A stretch of DNA of 64,000 bases from Squalus acanthias (Eukaryota). Of this stretch, positions 1 through 12,668 are shown in pieces (within the stretch, counting starts at the first letter, position 1; each line of letters begins with the position of its first letter). Below the pieces are notes generated by a model. It was not told the origin of the DNA and ran no database searches. It saw only the letters and a list, made by a program, of their open reading frames with translations. The translations under genes were made by a program, and so were the position numbers. Location of the stretch: positions 145,640,001 to 145,704,000 of the forward strand of contig CM059432.1 in NCBI GenBank assembly GCA_030390025.1, written 5' to 3'.

Positions 1-525
1 TCTTTTGCAGAAATGAGATGGTTGTTGCATTGGAGAATGCAACGGCCATCTGTCATCTCTACCGCGAAGGTGCGAGACTCTCCGAATACCCACCGACTGA
101 AGCCTGCAGGAAGAAACAAAGGTAAGTACACTTTTTCTAACACTTTCCACTTACTTCAGACACTCACCTCTCCACACTTGCACCCATCACTTACCTTCAC
201 AGCGCACTTTTGCACCCCTCCGACTCCGGCAGACCCACTACTCGCCTCGGTGACCCTGGCGGGGTTCGGAGCCTTCATGAAGCCCTCACTTGTGTGGGCA
301 AAATGGTGATAAGCCTATTTTCTGCCTGTTAACTACCTGTTAACAGGCAGTTAAGTGGCCGTAATCCCTTACCGCCTCCAAGGAGACGGAAACCGGCGCG
401 AGACGGCTACCCGCCTCCTGGCAAGATGGCACCGAGATGGGTTGGGCACCCGCCCCCAAATTCTGCCATTTTCCCAGCAGTCCCGCCTCCATACCCGCCT
501 CCCCAGGGCTTGCAAGATCGCGCCC
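1..525. mobile_element. Right part of PIF/Harbinger-type MITE (second copy of 8926-9759), cut by window edge
   Basis: Near-identical to 9236-9759; ends in TIR GCAAGATCGCGCCC followed by the same CR1 flank AAAGAGTCTGCAAAGG. Confidence 0.85.
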
Positions 526-2100
526 AAAGAGTCTGCAAAGGGATATAGATAGGTTAAGTGAGTGGGCAAGAATTTGGCAGATGGAGTATAATGTGAAGTT
601 ATCCACTTTGGTAGGAAGAATAGAAAAGAAAAATATTATTTAAATGGAGAAAGACTACATAATGCGGCGGTACAGAGGGATTTGGTTGTCCTCGTACATG
701 AAACACAAAAGGTTAACATGCAGGTGCAGCAAGTAATTAGAAAGGCAAATGGAATGTTGGCCTTTATTTCAAGGGGTATAGAGTATAAAAGTAGGGAAGT
801 ACTGCATTCAGTTCTGGACACCGCACCTCAGGAAGGATATATTGGTCTCGGAGGGGGTGCAGCGCAGATTCAGCAGAATGATACCGGGGCTAAAAAGGTT
901 AAATTATGAGGACAGGTTGCATAGACTAGACTTGTATTCCCTTGAATATAGAAGATTAAGAGGTGATCTAATTGAGGTGTTTAAGATGATTAAAGGATTT
1001 TATAGGGTAGATAGAGAGAAACTATTTCCACTGGTGGAGGAGTCCAGAACAAGGGGGGGCGAAATTCCCTTTGTTTGGACCTCCGGTGGGAGGCGCAAAT
1101 GGCTTTGCGCCCCCCCAAGAGGCGATAACCGCGCCTTCCGTGAAATTCCGTGGGAGGTTAGCGGCGGCGCTACCGGGTAGCACCCCGATCTTCTGCGCCC
1201 GGAGATCATGACGTCATCTCCGGGCGCAGCACCCCATAGCGCCTCGAGAGAAAAATTCGCACTCGCTCCTCGCAGCATCGCTGGGCGATGTTACCGACTG
1301 CTGCGGGGTCGCGAACAGTGAGACCGGCCGCTCGCGGGGCGCCATTTAAAGGCGCGGTGGCCGGCCGACATGAAAGAAATCGCCAATTTTTTAAAAAAGA
1401 AACCATTTCCGAGCACCGGGCTGAGTGCCGCGATCGGTCAGCCCGGCACCCAGCTCGAGTGCTCCAGCAGATGCCAAAAACAAAATGCAGAGCTGGCAAC
1501 GGGGATCCCTTCCCTTTAATTGAGGGAAGAGCACCTGCAACGCGGCAGCACCACGCGTGGCCACGAGTGGCGCTGCTGAGCACATCACCCCGGATCGGGA
1601 CATTCCCCGCCTCTCGCGCTCCAAGAGGCAAGTGAAGTGCTTGATTTAGCGCTCCACTTCCCTCTTGGAGCAAAAAATGTGAATTTCTCAAATGTTTGAA
1701 AAGGTTAGCGCCTGGCGCTAGCTTTTCAAACATTTTTGACTGAGCGCCCCAAATGGCCCTCTGGGGGAATTTCGCCCCCAAGGAGACAAAACCTTAAAAT
1801 CAGGGGTGATGTGAGGAAGCAAATCTTCACACAAAGGGTCGTGGAAATCTGGATCTCTTCTCCACGCCACCCCCCACCCCCGCCCCCCCCTCCCTCCCCC
1901 CCAATCACCAAATAAAAGCTGTTGAGGCTAGGGGTCAATTGAAAATGTCAAAACTGAGATTAATAGATTTTTGTTAGGCAAAGGTATTAAGGGATATGGA
2001 ACCAAGGCAGGTAAATGGAGTTAAGTTACAGATCAGCCATGATCTAATTGAATGGAGGAACAGGTTCGAGGGACTGAATGGCCTATTCCTGTTCCTATGA
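526..2100 (+). mobile_element. CR1 LINE 3' fragment, chimeric between two subfamilies at ~800, interrupted by MITE 1055-1779
   Basis: RT C-terminal motifs LQRDIDRLSEWARIWQMEYNV, KANGMLAFISRGIEYKS, RRLRGDLIEVFK; CR1 3' UTR ending GGCCTATTCCTGTTCCTATG. Confidence 0.9.
1055..1779. mobile_element. Harbinger-type MITE, GC-rich, TTAGCGCC-motif class
   Basis: 15-bp perfect TIR GGGGGCGAAATTCCC...GGGAATTTCGCCCCC; AAG(G) on both flanks; splits a CR1 coding segment; no transposase. Confidence 0.85.
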
Positions 2101-2285
2101 ACTCGCCAATCTAAAAGCGAATCCGGCTCTGGTTCCCAATTGCTCAGTTTGGGAAGAGATTTGCCAGTGGGATACTGAGCAAGGTCTCCCACTCCTGGTC
2201 ACTATTCAGCGACCTCCGGTGGAAAGCTTCCATGTGTGGATGGCAGGGAAGTGCGGGGTCAGGCACGGCTGTGATTTAAAAAAAA

Positions 2286-5200
2286 TTTGTTCATGGGATG
2301 TCGGGGGTCGCTGGCAAGACCAGCATTTATTGCCCATCCCTAGTTGCCCTTGAGAAGGTGGTGGTGAGCCACCTTCTTGAACTGCTGCAGTCTGTGTGGT
2401 GAAGGTACTCCCACAGTGCTGATAGGGAGGGAGTTCCAGGATTTTGACCCAGCGACGATGAAGGAACGGCGCTATATTTCCAATTGGAGGTGGTGGTGTT
2501 CCCATGCGCTTGCTACCCTTGTCCTTCTAGGTGGTAGAGGTCGTGGGTTTCGGAGGTGCTGCCGAAGAAGCATTGGCGAGTTGCTGCAATGCATCTTTAA
2601 ATGGTACACATTGCAGGTACGCCGATGGTGGAGGGAGTGAATGTTTAAGGTGGTGGATGGGGTGCCAATCAAGCAGGCTGCTTTGTCCTGAATGGTGTTG
2701 AGCTTCTTGAGTGTTGTTGGAGCTGCACTCATCCAGGCAAGTGGAGAGTATTCCATCACACTCCTGACTTGTGCCTTGTAGATGGTGGAAAGGCTTTGGG
2801 CAGTCTGGAGGTGAGACACTCGCCACAGAATACCCAGCCTCTGACCAGCTCGTGTTGCCACAGTATTAATGTGGCTGGTCCAGTTAAGTTTCTGGTCAAT
2901 GGTGACCCCCAGGATATTGATGGTAGGGGATTCAGCGATGGTAATGCCGTTGAATGTCAAAGGGCGGTGGTTAGACGCTCGCTTGTTGGAGATAGTCATT
3001 GCCTGGCACTTGCGTGGCATGAATGTTACCTGCCACTTCTCAGCCCAAGCCTGAATGTCATCAAGGTCTTGCTGCATGCGGGCATGGACTGCTTCATTAT
3101 CTGAGGATTTGTGAATGGCACTGAACACTGTACAGTCATCGGCGAACATCCCCACTTCTGACCTTATGATGGAGGGAAGTTCATTAATGAAGCAGCTGGG
3201 CCTAGGGCATTGCCCTGAGGAACTCCTGCAGCGATGATGATTGACCTCCAACCACCACAATCATCTTCCTTTGTGCTAGGTATGACTCCAGCCAGTGGAG
3301 AATTTTCCTTCTGATTCCCATTGACTTCAATTTAACTTGGGCTCCTTGATGCCACACTCGGTCAAATGCTGCCTTGATGTCAAGGGCAGTCATTCTCACC
3401 TCACCTCTGGAATTCAGCTCTTTTGTCCATGTTTGGACCAAGGCTGTAATGAGATCTGGAGCCGAGTGGTCCTGGCAGAAACCAAACTGGGCATTAGTGA
3501 GCAGGTTATTGGTGAGTAAATGCTGCTTGATAGCACTGTCGATGACACCTCCCATCACTTTACTAATGATTGAGAGTAGACTGATGGGACGGTAATTGGC
3601 CGAATTGGATTTGTCCAGCTTTTTGTGGACAGGATATACCTGGGCACTTTTCCACATTGTCGGGTAGATGCCAGAGTTATAGCTGTACTGGAACAGCTTG
3701 GCTAGAGCCGCTACTAGTTCTGGAGCACAAGTCTTCAGCACGACAGCCGGGATGTTGTCGGGGCCCACGGCCTTTGCTGTATCCAGTGGGCTTAGCCATT
3801 TCTTGATATCACGTGGAGTGAATCGAATTGGCTGAAGACTGGCTTCTGTGGTGGTGGTGGTGGGGACCGATATGGATCATCCACTCGACACTTCTGGCTG
3901 AAGATGGTTGCAAATGCTTCAGCTTTGTCTTTTGCACTCACGTGCTGGGCTCCACCATCATTGAGGATGGGGATATTCGTGGAGCCTCCTCCTCCTGTTA
4001 GATGTTTAATGGTTCACCACTAGATGTGGCAGGACTGCAGAGCTTTGATCTGATCCGTTGATTGTGGGATTGCTTAGCCCTGTCTAGAGCATGCTGCTTC
4101 CGTTTTTTAGCATGCATGTAGTCCTGTGTTGCAGCTTCCCCAGGTTGGCACCGCATTTTTAGGTATGCCTGGTGCTACTCCTGGCATGCTCTTCTACACT
4201 CCTTATTGAACCAGGGTTTATCCCCTGGCTTGATGGTAATGGTAGAGTGAGGGATATGCCGGGCCATGAGGTTACAGATTGTGGTGGAATACAATTCTGC
4301 TGCTGCTGATGGCCCACAGCGCCTCCTGGATGCCCAGTTTTGAGCTGCTAGATCTATTCTGAATCTATCCCATTTAGCACGGTGGTAGTATCACACAGCA
4401 CGATGGAGGCTGTCCTCAGTGTGAAGACGGGACTTCGTCTCCACAATGACTGTGCAGTGGTCACTGCTACCAATACTGTCATGGACAGATGCATCTGCGA
4501 CAGGTAGATTGGTGCGGATGAGGTCAAGTAGTTTTCTCCCTTGTGTTAGTTCTCTCACCACCTGTCGTAGGCCCAGACTGGCAGCTATGTCCTTCAGGAC
4601 TCGGCCAGTCGTGGTGCTACCGAGCCACCCTTGGTGATGGACATTGAAGTCCCCCACCCAGAGTACATTCTATGCCCTTGCTATGCTCAGTGATTCTTCC
4701 AAGTGGTGTTCAAAATGGAGGAGTACAGATTCATCAGCTGAGGGAGGGCGGTAGGTTGTAATCAGCAGGAGGCTTCCTTTCCCATGCTTGACCTGAAGCC
4801 ATGACTTCATGGGGTCCGGAGTCAATGTTGAGGACTCCCAGGCCCACGCCTTCCCGACTATATACCAGTGTGCCACCACCCCAGGGATGGTGATGCAGGA
4901 GTTGGGACATCAGCTGAAAGGTATGATTCTGTGAGTATGACTATGTCAGGCTGTTGTTTGACTAATCTGTAGGACAGCGCTCCCAATTTTGGCACAAGGC
5001 CCCAGATGCTGGTGAGGAGGACTTTGCAGGGTCGACTGGGCTGGGTGTGCCATTGTCATGTCCGCAGCCGGTGCCAAGGCGATCTGTCCAGTTTTATTCT
5101 TATTTGTACTGAGTGGCTTGCTGGGCCATTTCAGAGGGCAGTTAAGAATCAACCATATTGCTGTGAGTCTGGAGTCACATAATCAGGTAAGGGTGGCAGA

Positions 5201-5415
5201 TTTCCTTCCCTAAAGGACATTAGTAAACCATATGGGTTTTACGATAGTTTCATGGTCACCATTACTGATACTAGCTTTTTATTTCAGATTTATTTAATTA
5301 ACTGAATTTAACTTCCTCAGCTGCCATGGTGGGATTTGAACTCACGAATCTGGATCATTAGTCCAGGTCTACTGCATTACCAGTCCAATAACATAACCAC
5401 TATGCTACTGTTCCC
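2286..5415 (-). mobile_element. Full-length (~3.1 kb) degenerate non-LTR retrotransposon of the CR1/L2/Crack group with single EN-RT ORF and tRNA-like 5' head
   Basis: APE motifs (TTYRPPS, MGDFNVHH, LDLIRTN, SDHC) at 4391-4880; RT motifs NYRPISLLSIISKVM, LDIKAAFDRVWH, MFADD at 2472-3768; head with A box TAGCATAGTGG and B box GTTCAAATC at ~5330-5415; frameshifts and stops throughout. Confidence 0.85.
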
Positions 5416-5429
5416 TTTACAAAACAAAA

Positions 5430-5615
5430 AAACAGAAAGTAGGGGTTAAAGGTAGTTACCTGGATTAGCAAATGGTGTGAAGTGGTGTTCCACAAGGATC
5501 GGTGCTGGGACCACTTGTTCACCATTTACATAAACGATTTGGACTCGGAAGTACAATTTCAAAATTTGCAGATGACACCAAATTGGGGGGTGTAGTTAAT
5601 GCAGTGGAGGACTGA
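5430..5615 (+). mobile_element. Short CR1 RT fragment
   Basis: Encodes [10 protein letters not shown] and [11 protein letters not shown] remnants. Confidence 0.7.
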
Positions 5616-6435
5616 GACAACGTCTACTGGAACATTAGTCCAGGACCTCTGGATTACTAGTCCAGTAACATAACCACTATGCTACCGTTCAGATTGAGTA
5701 GCAGAGCAACATTCACTGTCAAGGCTCACACACGAGGAATAGCTACTTGGGTATCCGAGCCAACTGAGTCAGTGCCTTCAGAAAATCAGAAGCAGAAGAA
5801 AATATAATCCCATAATAGCGTGCAAGGTATATATAAAGAGAACACTGGCTGAAGCCACAGTATCACACACAGCAACATACGGCACTGTTTGTCTATTTAT
5901 GAATCTGATTCTTCTGCACTAAAACCATTGATTAACGTGCCGGACTATATTCAACACCAGTCTTTCACGAAATGCAATGATAGAATTTAAATTAACTTAT
6001 CCTACCGAAATTCTGTACATGAAGAACTTTGTACCTCACGTCAAAATGAGTTGATGCTGGTTCTTGTTTGTAGCTCAAAAAAATAGTGGAGGAAGTCACT
6101 GCTGCAATATGGAAGCAACGTACTGACACTCAGGAAGAGGTGGGGCAAACGATGACCATACAACAGAAAATTCTTATCGGTTCATGCACCAATATTGCAT
6201 CTGTGGCTACAGGTTATACATAGAAATACGTAGAAGTTACAACACAGGTCTGTGTGGTCACTTAGCCTCTCACGAGACATTCACAGGTTAACTGCAAGGT
6301 TTAACTCAGTAAAATATACAGCTGTACCTATGTGTGAGCTTAAATGTGACCTTATAAGAGGGTACTTGGCTTGTGAGACATTTTACGGTTTTATACCACT
6401 GGGTATTTCTGACCAGCACATTAGGGAGGCTATCA

Positions 6436-6600
6436 GTTGAAAATGAAAAAAGAAATAAAAACCTGCAAATGCTGGAAACTTGAAATAAAAGCAGAAAATG
6501 CTGGAAACACACAGCAGGTCAAGAAGCATCTGTAAAGAGAAACGGTAGGTTAATGTTTTAGTTGTTGGGCCCTTCATAAGAATGAAAACTGGAAGCAAAG
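6436..6600 (-). mobile_element. Penelope-like terminal repeat fragment
   Basis: Similar to reverse complement of 16690-16822 (GCTGGAAA..TGAAATAAAA..AGAAAATGCTGGAAA). Confidence 0.65.
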
Positions 6601-6844
6601 AACCTTTCTTGGAGGAAATGTAACAAAAGAAAGGGGACAACAACAGATTAAAATAAAGTTGGCGATGCTGAGCTCTGGGAAGCTGTGAATGGGCTGATTA
6701 TGTTTTCAGGAACTGGTGGATGATATGTAAAGATCATATCAATCCGAAAGTGAAATGAACAAATGGCTACGTAAATGGGAAATACACAGCCAAGATACCT
6801 GCAACTGACCTTCCAAAATGGAGGTGAATAAAATGGATAGTGGA

Positions 6845-9800
6845 TGGCAATAGTGCAGGGTAGCGATATGGGCAATGAAAACCAGAGTGTGACAGGAAGG
6901 GACAGAGCGTAGAAACATAAGAGTGCACCAGCAAATAAGGTCAGAGTAGGGAAAAATGATAAAAAAGACAAAATTAAAGGCTCTTTATCTGAATGCACGC
7001 AGCATTCGTAACAAGCCATCACAGAGATATGGTTGCAATGTAACCAAGGCTGGGAACTGAATATTCAGGGGTATTTGATATTTCGGATGGATAGACAGAA
7101 AGGAAAAGGAGGTGGGGTAGCTCTGTTAATAAAGGATGAGATCAGTACAATAGTGAGAAATGATCTTGGCTCAGAAGTTCCAGATGTAGAATTAATTTGG
7201 GTGGAGGTAAGAAATAGTAAGGGAAAGAAGGCACTCGTGGGAGTAGTTTATAAGCAGCTACACTATAGGACAGAATATAAATCAAGAAATAATGGGGGCT
7301 TGTAAGAAAGGTACTGCAATAATCGTGGGCGATTTTAATCTTCATATAAATTGGACAAATCAAATTGGCAAAAGCAGCCTTAAGGATGAGTTCATAGTGT
7401 ATTCGGGACAGTTTCTTGGAACAATACATTGTGGAACCGACTAGGGAACAGGCTATTTTAGATCTGGCAATGTGTAATGAAACAGGATTAATTAATGATC
7501 TCATAGTAAAGGATCAATTAGGGAAGAGTGATCATAACATGTTAGAATTCCACATTCAGTTTGAAAGTGAGAAACTTGGGTCTGAAACTAGAGTATTAAA
7601 CTTAAATAAAGGCAATTACAAAGGTATGAGGAGAGAGTTGGCTAAAGTGGACTGGGAAAATAGATTAGAAGGTAAGACGGTAGAAAAGCAGTGGCAGACA
7701 TTTAAAGAGATATTTCATGACTCTCAACAAAGATATATTTCAGTGAGAAAGAAAGACTCGAAAAGAAGGATGAACCAACCATGGCTAACCAAGGAAGTTA
7801 AGGATGGTACCAAATTGAAAGAAAAGGCATACAATGTTGCAAAGATTAATGGTAGGCCAGAAGATTGGGAAAATTTTAGAAACCAGCAAAGGATGACTAA
7901 AAAAATAATAAAGAGGGAGAAAATAGCTTATGAGAGTAAACTAGCAAGAAATCTAAAAACTGACAGTAAGAGCTTCTACAAGTATATAAAAAGGAAGAGA
8001 GTAGCTAAAATAAACGTTGGTCCCTTAGGGGAAAAAATAATGGGAAACAAGGAAAATGCAGTGGCATTGAACAAATATTTTATATCTGTCTTCACAGTAG
8101 AAGACACCAAAAACATCCCAGTAATCGTAGAAAATCAAGGGACAAAAGGGAGGGAGGAACTTCAAACAATCACTATCACTAGAGAAAAAGTGCTAGGCAA
8201 ACTTATGGATCTAAAGGCTGACAAGTCCCCTGGACCTGATGGCCAGCATCCTAGGGTCTTAAAAGAAGTGGCTACAGAGATAGTGGATGCATTGGTTGTA
8301 ATCTTCCAAAATTCCCTTGACTCTGGAAAAGTCCCTGCGGATTGGAAAACCGCAAATGTAGGCCCTTATTCAAAAAAGGAGGGAGACAGAAAGCAGGAAA
8401 CTATAGGCCAGTTAGCCTAACATCTGTCATTGGCAAAATGCTCGAATCCATTATTAAGGAAGTAGTAGCAGGGCATTTAGAAAATCATAATACAATCAAA
8501 CAGGGTCAACATGGTTTTATGAAAGGGAAATTGTGTTTGACAAATCTATTAGAGTTCTTTGAGGAGGTAACGAGTAGGGTGGATAAAGGGGAACCAGTAG
8601 ATATGGTGTTTTTGGATTTCCAAAAGGCATTCGACAAGGTGCCACATAAAAGGATACTGTATAAGATGAGAGCTCATGGTGTTGTGTCTAATATATTAGA
8701 TTGGATAGAGGATTGGCTAACTAACAGAAAACAGAGAGTTGGGATAAATGGGTCATTTTCAGGATGGCAATCTGTAACTAGTGGGGTGCCACAGGGATCA
8801 GTGCTGGGGCCTCAACTATTTTCAATCTATATTAATGACTTGGATGAAGGAAGCAAGTGTACTGTAGCCAAATTTGCAAACGATACAAAGATAGGTGGGA
8901 AAGCAAGTTGTGAGGAGGACATAAAGGGGGTGATTTTGCCAATGGGAAGCTTTTGGAGGCGGGACTCCCACTTGTCGGGTTTCAGTCCCGCGTCCATCAA
9001 CTTCTGGCCAACCCATGCTATTTTCCCTTGATTGACCCTGTTAAGCCCGCCCAGCGGGCTTAGCAGGCCAATTAAGGGAAAGCCGATTGCAGAGAACATC
9101 AACGTATGATGTTTCATCTGTCAAAAATTTTTGATCGATGAATTGTCATCATTTGACAGCTCTATGAAGCTGTCAAACACTGACATTCTCTGTAGTTTGA
9201 TGAGGTCTTGAATTCAAGACCTCATCAAACCTCTTTCTTTTGCAGAAATGAGATGGTTGTTGCATTGGAGAATGCAACGGCCATCTGTCATCTCTACCGC
9301 GGAGGTGCGAGGCTCTCCGAATACCCACCGACTGAAGCCTGCAGGAAGAAACAAAGGTAAGTACACTTTTTCTAACACTTTCCACTTACCTCAGACACTC
9401 ACCTCTGCACACTTGCACCCATCACTTACCTTCACAGCACACTTTTGCACCCCTCCGACCCCGCAGACCCACTACTCGCCTCGGTGACCCTGGCAGGGTT
9501 CGGAGCCTTCATGAAGCCCTCACTTGTGTGGGCAAAATGGTGATAAGCCTATTTTCTGCCTGTTAACTACCTGTTAACAGGCAGTTAAGTGGCCTGTAAT
9601 CCCTTACCGCCTCCAAGGAGACGGAAACCGGCGCGAGACGGCTACCCGCCTCCTGGCAAGATGACACCGAGACGGGTTGGGCACCCGCCCCCAAATTCTG
9701 CCATTTTCCCAGCAGTCCGCCTCCATACCCGCCTCCCCAGGGCTTGCAAGAACGCGCCCAAAGAGTCTGCAAAGGGATATAGATAGGTTAAGTGAGTGGG

Positions 9801-10648
9801 CAAGAATTTGGCAGATGGAGTATAATGTGGGAAAATGTGAAGTTATCCACTTTGGTAGGAAGAATAGAAAAGAAAAATATTATTTAAATGGAGAAAGACT
9901 ACATAATGCGGCGGTACAGAGGGATTTGGTTGTCCTCGTACATGAAACACAAAAAGTTAACATGCAGGTGCAGCAAGTAATTAGAAAGGCAAATGGAATG
10001 TTGACCTTTATTTCAAGAGGTATAGAGTATAAAAGTAGGGAAGTCTTGCTACAACTGTATAGGGCGCTGGTGAGACCACACCTAGAGTACTGCGTACAGT
10101 TTTGGTCCCCTTATTTAAGGAGGGATATACTTGCATTGGAGGCAGTGCAGAGAAGGTTCACTAGGTTGATTCCTGGGATGGAAGGGTTGTCTTATGAGGA
10201 AAGGTTGAGCAGGTTGGGCCTATACTCATTGGAGTTTAGAAGAATGAGAGGTGATCTCATTGAAACACATAAGATTCTGAGGGGGTTGGAGAGGGTAGAT
10301 GCTGAGAAAATGTTTCCCCTCATCAGGGAATCTAGAACGAGGGGGCATAGTCTCAGAATAAGGGTTCTCCCATTTAAGATGGAGATGAGGAGGAATTTCT
10401 TCTCTGAGGGTTGTGAATCTTTGGAATTCTCTACCCCAGAGAGCTGTGGAAGCTGAGTCATTGAATATATTCAAGGCTGAGATAGACAGATTTTTGAGCA
10501 ACAGGGGAGTCGAGGGTTATGTGGAGCGGGCAGGAAAGTGGAGTTGAGGCCAAAATCGAATCAGCCATGATCTCATTAAATGGCGGAGCAGGCTCGAGGG
10601 GCCGAATGGCCTGCTCCTGCTCCTGTTTCTTATGTTCTTATGTTCTTA
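6845..10648 (+). mobile_element. CR1 LINE, near full-length ORF2 (frameshifted), interrupted by MITE 8926-9759
   Basis: EN motifs LYLNARSIRNK, GGGVALLIK, LGKSDHN; RT motifs [31 protein letters not shown]; (TTCTTATG)n tail. Confidence 0.95.
8926..9759. mobile_element. Harbinger-type MITE (834 bp), CCCGCC-motif class, palindrome-rich
   Basis: Imperfect TIR GGGGGTGATTTTGC / GCAAGAACGCGCCC; 3-bp TSD AAA; empty site CATAAAGAGTCTG visible in the sister CR1 at ~23622. Confidence 0.9.
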
Positions 10649-11267
10649 AGAGGCAAGAAAATGGGGTGGGAGTGCTTTGTTTATCAAACTAGAGGGCTAC
10701 AGATTGGGACAGCCATTTACATTCCCTCCAATGCAATATACTGGTCAGAATAGCGACTGCTTTACTGAACATCTCCACTCCAGCTGCACGTGTGATCCTG
10801 ACCACTAGCCCACCGCCATTGTGTAACTCCCCCTCCCATTCCCACTCTCAGCTGACTCTGACTCCCCACTTTAATGCTAATGTACTATTACATGCAACAT
10901 CAACACATCAGGCTATACTGCCTATTGGTAGTCAATGAGAGGAAAATCTGACCTGATCATATGTTGCTGATGGGAGAAGCACAAAATGAGGTTAAAAAAA
11001 TATACAAAATTGAACTATTTTAGTCAAATCGTTTTGAAGATATAAAGGTGATTTCTTTGGGACACGGTTAATGCCAATAACAGAGGGATAAACTTAAGCT
11101 TGGGCTATGATTTCAGAGAAGTGCTGACAGGATCCTATCCAGGCTGAGATCCTGAGGAGGAGCAATGAGTCGCATGTCCCAGAAAGAGCCCATATTGTTC
11201 CTCCAGCAACTGTACAAAGCATGTATCAAACTTTGAGTAGCATATATCTGCAACTGATCTACACAAT

Positions 11268-11519
11268 GGGCTGGATTGTGATACTGGGGCGGGTTCGGGT
11301 CGTGTCATCCACCCGACTGCAGTTGGATGTGGGAGATTGATGCAATTTTCACCTAATTGGGTAATTGAGTTCCAGCATGTGGGAACCCATGAACCAATTA
11401 GTGGTTTGAGTCTGAAAGTCGCCTCTGATGATGTCATCATTGTTGCTGCATTGCAGGTCAGAGACTGCCTGGCCTTTGATGTGAGAGGACCTGGATGCAA
11501 AATGAGCAGCAGCTCTAAG

Positions 11520-11555
<36 letters not shown>

Positions 11556-12042
11556 CAAAGACAGAGACAGAGAGACAGAGAATTTTTTTGCATCCAGGTC
11601 CTCTCACAGCAAAGGCCAGGCAGTCTTTGAAGACATTCAATGCAGCAGCATCAGAGGTGACTTTCAGACTTAATACTACTACTACCTTCATCACATCTCC
11701 GTTGTAATAGTGGACCTGCAGCTGATAGTCAGCTATCCAAATCTGCTCCCGCCAGGTTTCACAATCGTGGTTCAGAACAGGCGTGCTTCATGTAGATCAA
11801 ATGTTAAAATCACATAGGCCTTTCAAAATGGCATTATAGAGCCAATTTAGTGCTTGTTAAGGGCCTTAACAGCCTATCCCGCCTCTTAAAGGCGGGACGG
11901 AGTCAGGACCAGCAGACACGATTTAATGAAAATTGCGTGGAGGCGGGATGGAGGCGGACTTATGCCCGCCCACCACTTTTCGCAATTTTAACCCCCCACA
12001 CGCCTCCAAACCCGCCTCCACGGGTCAATGAAAATCCAGCCC
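11268..12042. mobile_element. Harbinger-type MITE, CCCGCC-motif class, older
   Basis: TIR GGGCTGGATT...AATCCAGCCC; flanks AAT/AAA; subterminal GGCGGG/CCCGCC clusters. Confidence 0.7.
11519..11581. repeat. (AG)n/(AGAC) microsatellite
   Basis: Direct reading. Confidence 0.95.
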
Positions 12043-12195
12043 AAAGTCTTCCTAAAATTGTGCACTCACAGTGAGTTGCGGGGGACTTAAGGATGCGTTG
12101 TTTGGAACCTGTAAAAATGGACATCAGGTATATTACAAGTACAACAATCCAGATCATGTACACTGGGACTGATCATGGCAATGAAGTTCCAAGAG

Positions 12196-12493
12196 ATAAC
12201 CACAACAACTTACATTTGTATAGCACCTTTAACATAGTAAAACGTCCCAAGGCGCTTCACAGGAGTGTTAGCAAATAAAACTTGCTCCGAGACACCAGAT
12301 ATTAGGACAGGTGATCAAAGGTTGTGAGGAGTGTCTTAAAGGAGGAGAGAGCAGTAGAGAGGCAGAGAAGGCAGCTGGAGGCACGGCTGCCAATGGTGGA
12401 GCGATGAAAATCGGGAATGTGCAAGAGGCCAGAATTGGAGGAGCGCAGAGATGTCGTAGGGGTGAAGGAGGTTATAGAGATAGGGAGGGGCTA
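12196..12493 (-). mobile_element. L2 LINE 3' end fragment
   Basis: Reverse complement of the L2 tail at 55800-56095 (TGAAGCGCCTTGGGACGTTTTAC..GTTAAAGGTGCTATA). Confidence 0.75.
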
Positions 12494-12668
12494 TAAAGAG
12501 ATAAGTAAAAAGATCTCATGAAAAAGGGCAATCAACATATCCAAGTGGAGTGTAGAGGCTCTCCCTATCAGAAGCCAAGCATTGGAAAGGACTTTTCCCA
12601 AATCTTTCTCAAATATTTACTCACAACTACCTTTTTCTTTTCCTTCAGTGATATACAAGGTGACTAAG

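Noticed and set aside
11135..11630. Ser/Leu or Arg/Glu repeat proteins
   Set aside because: Translations of an (AG)n microsatellite inside a MITE
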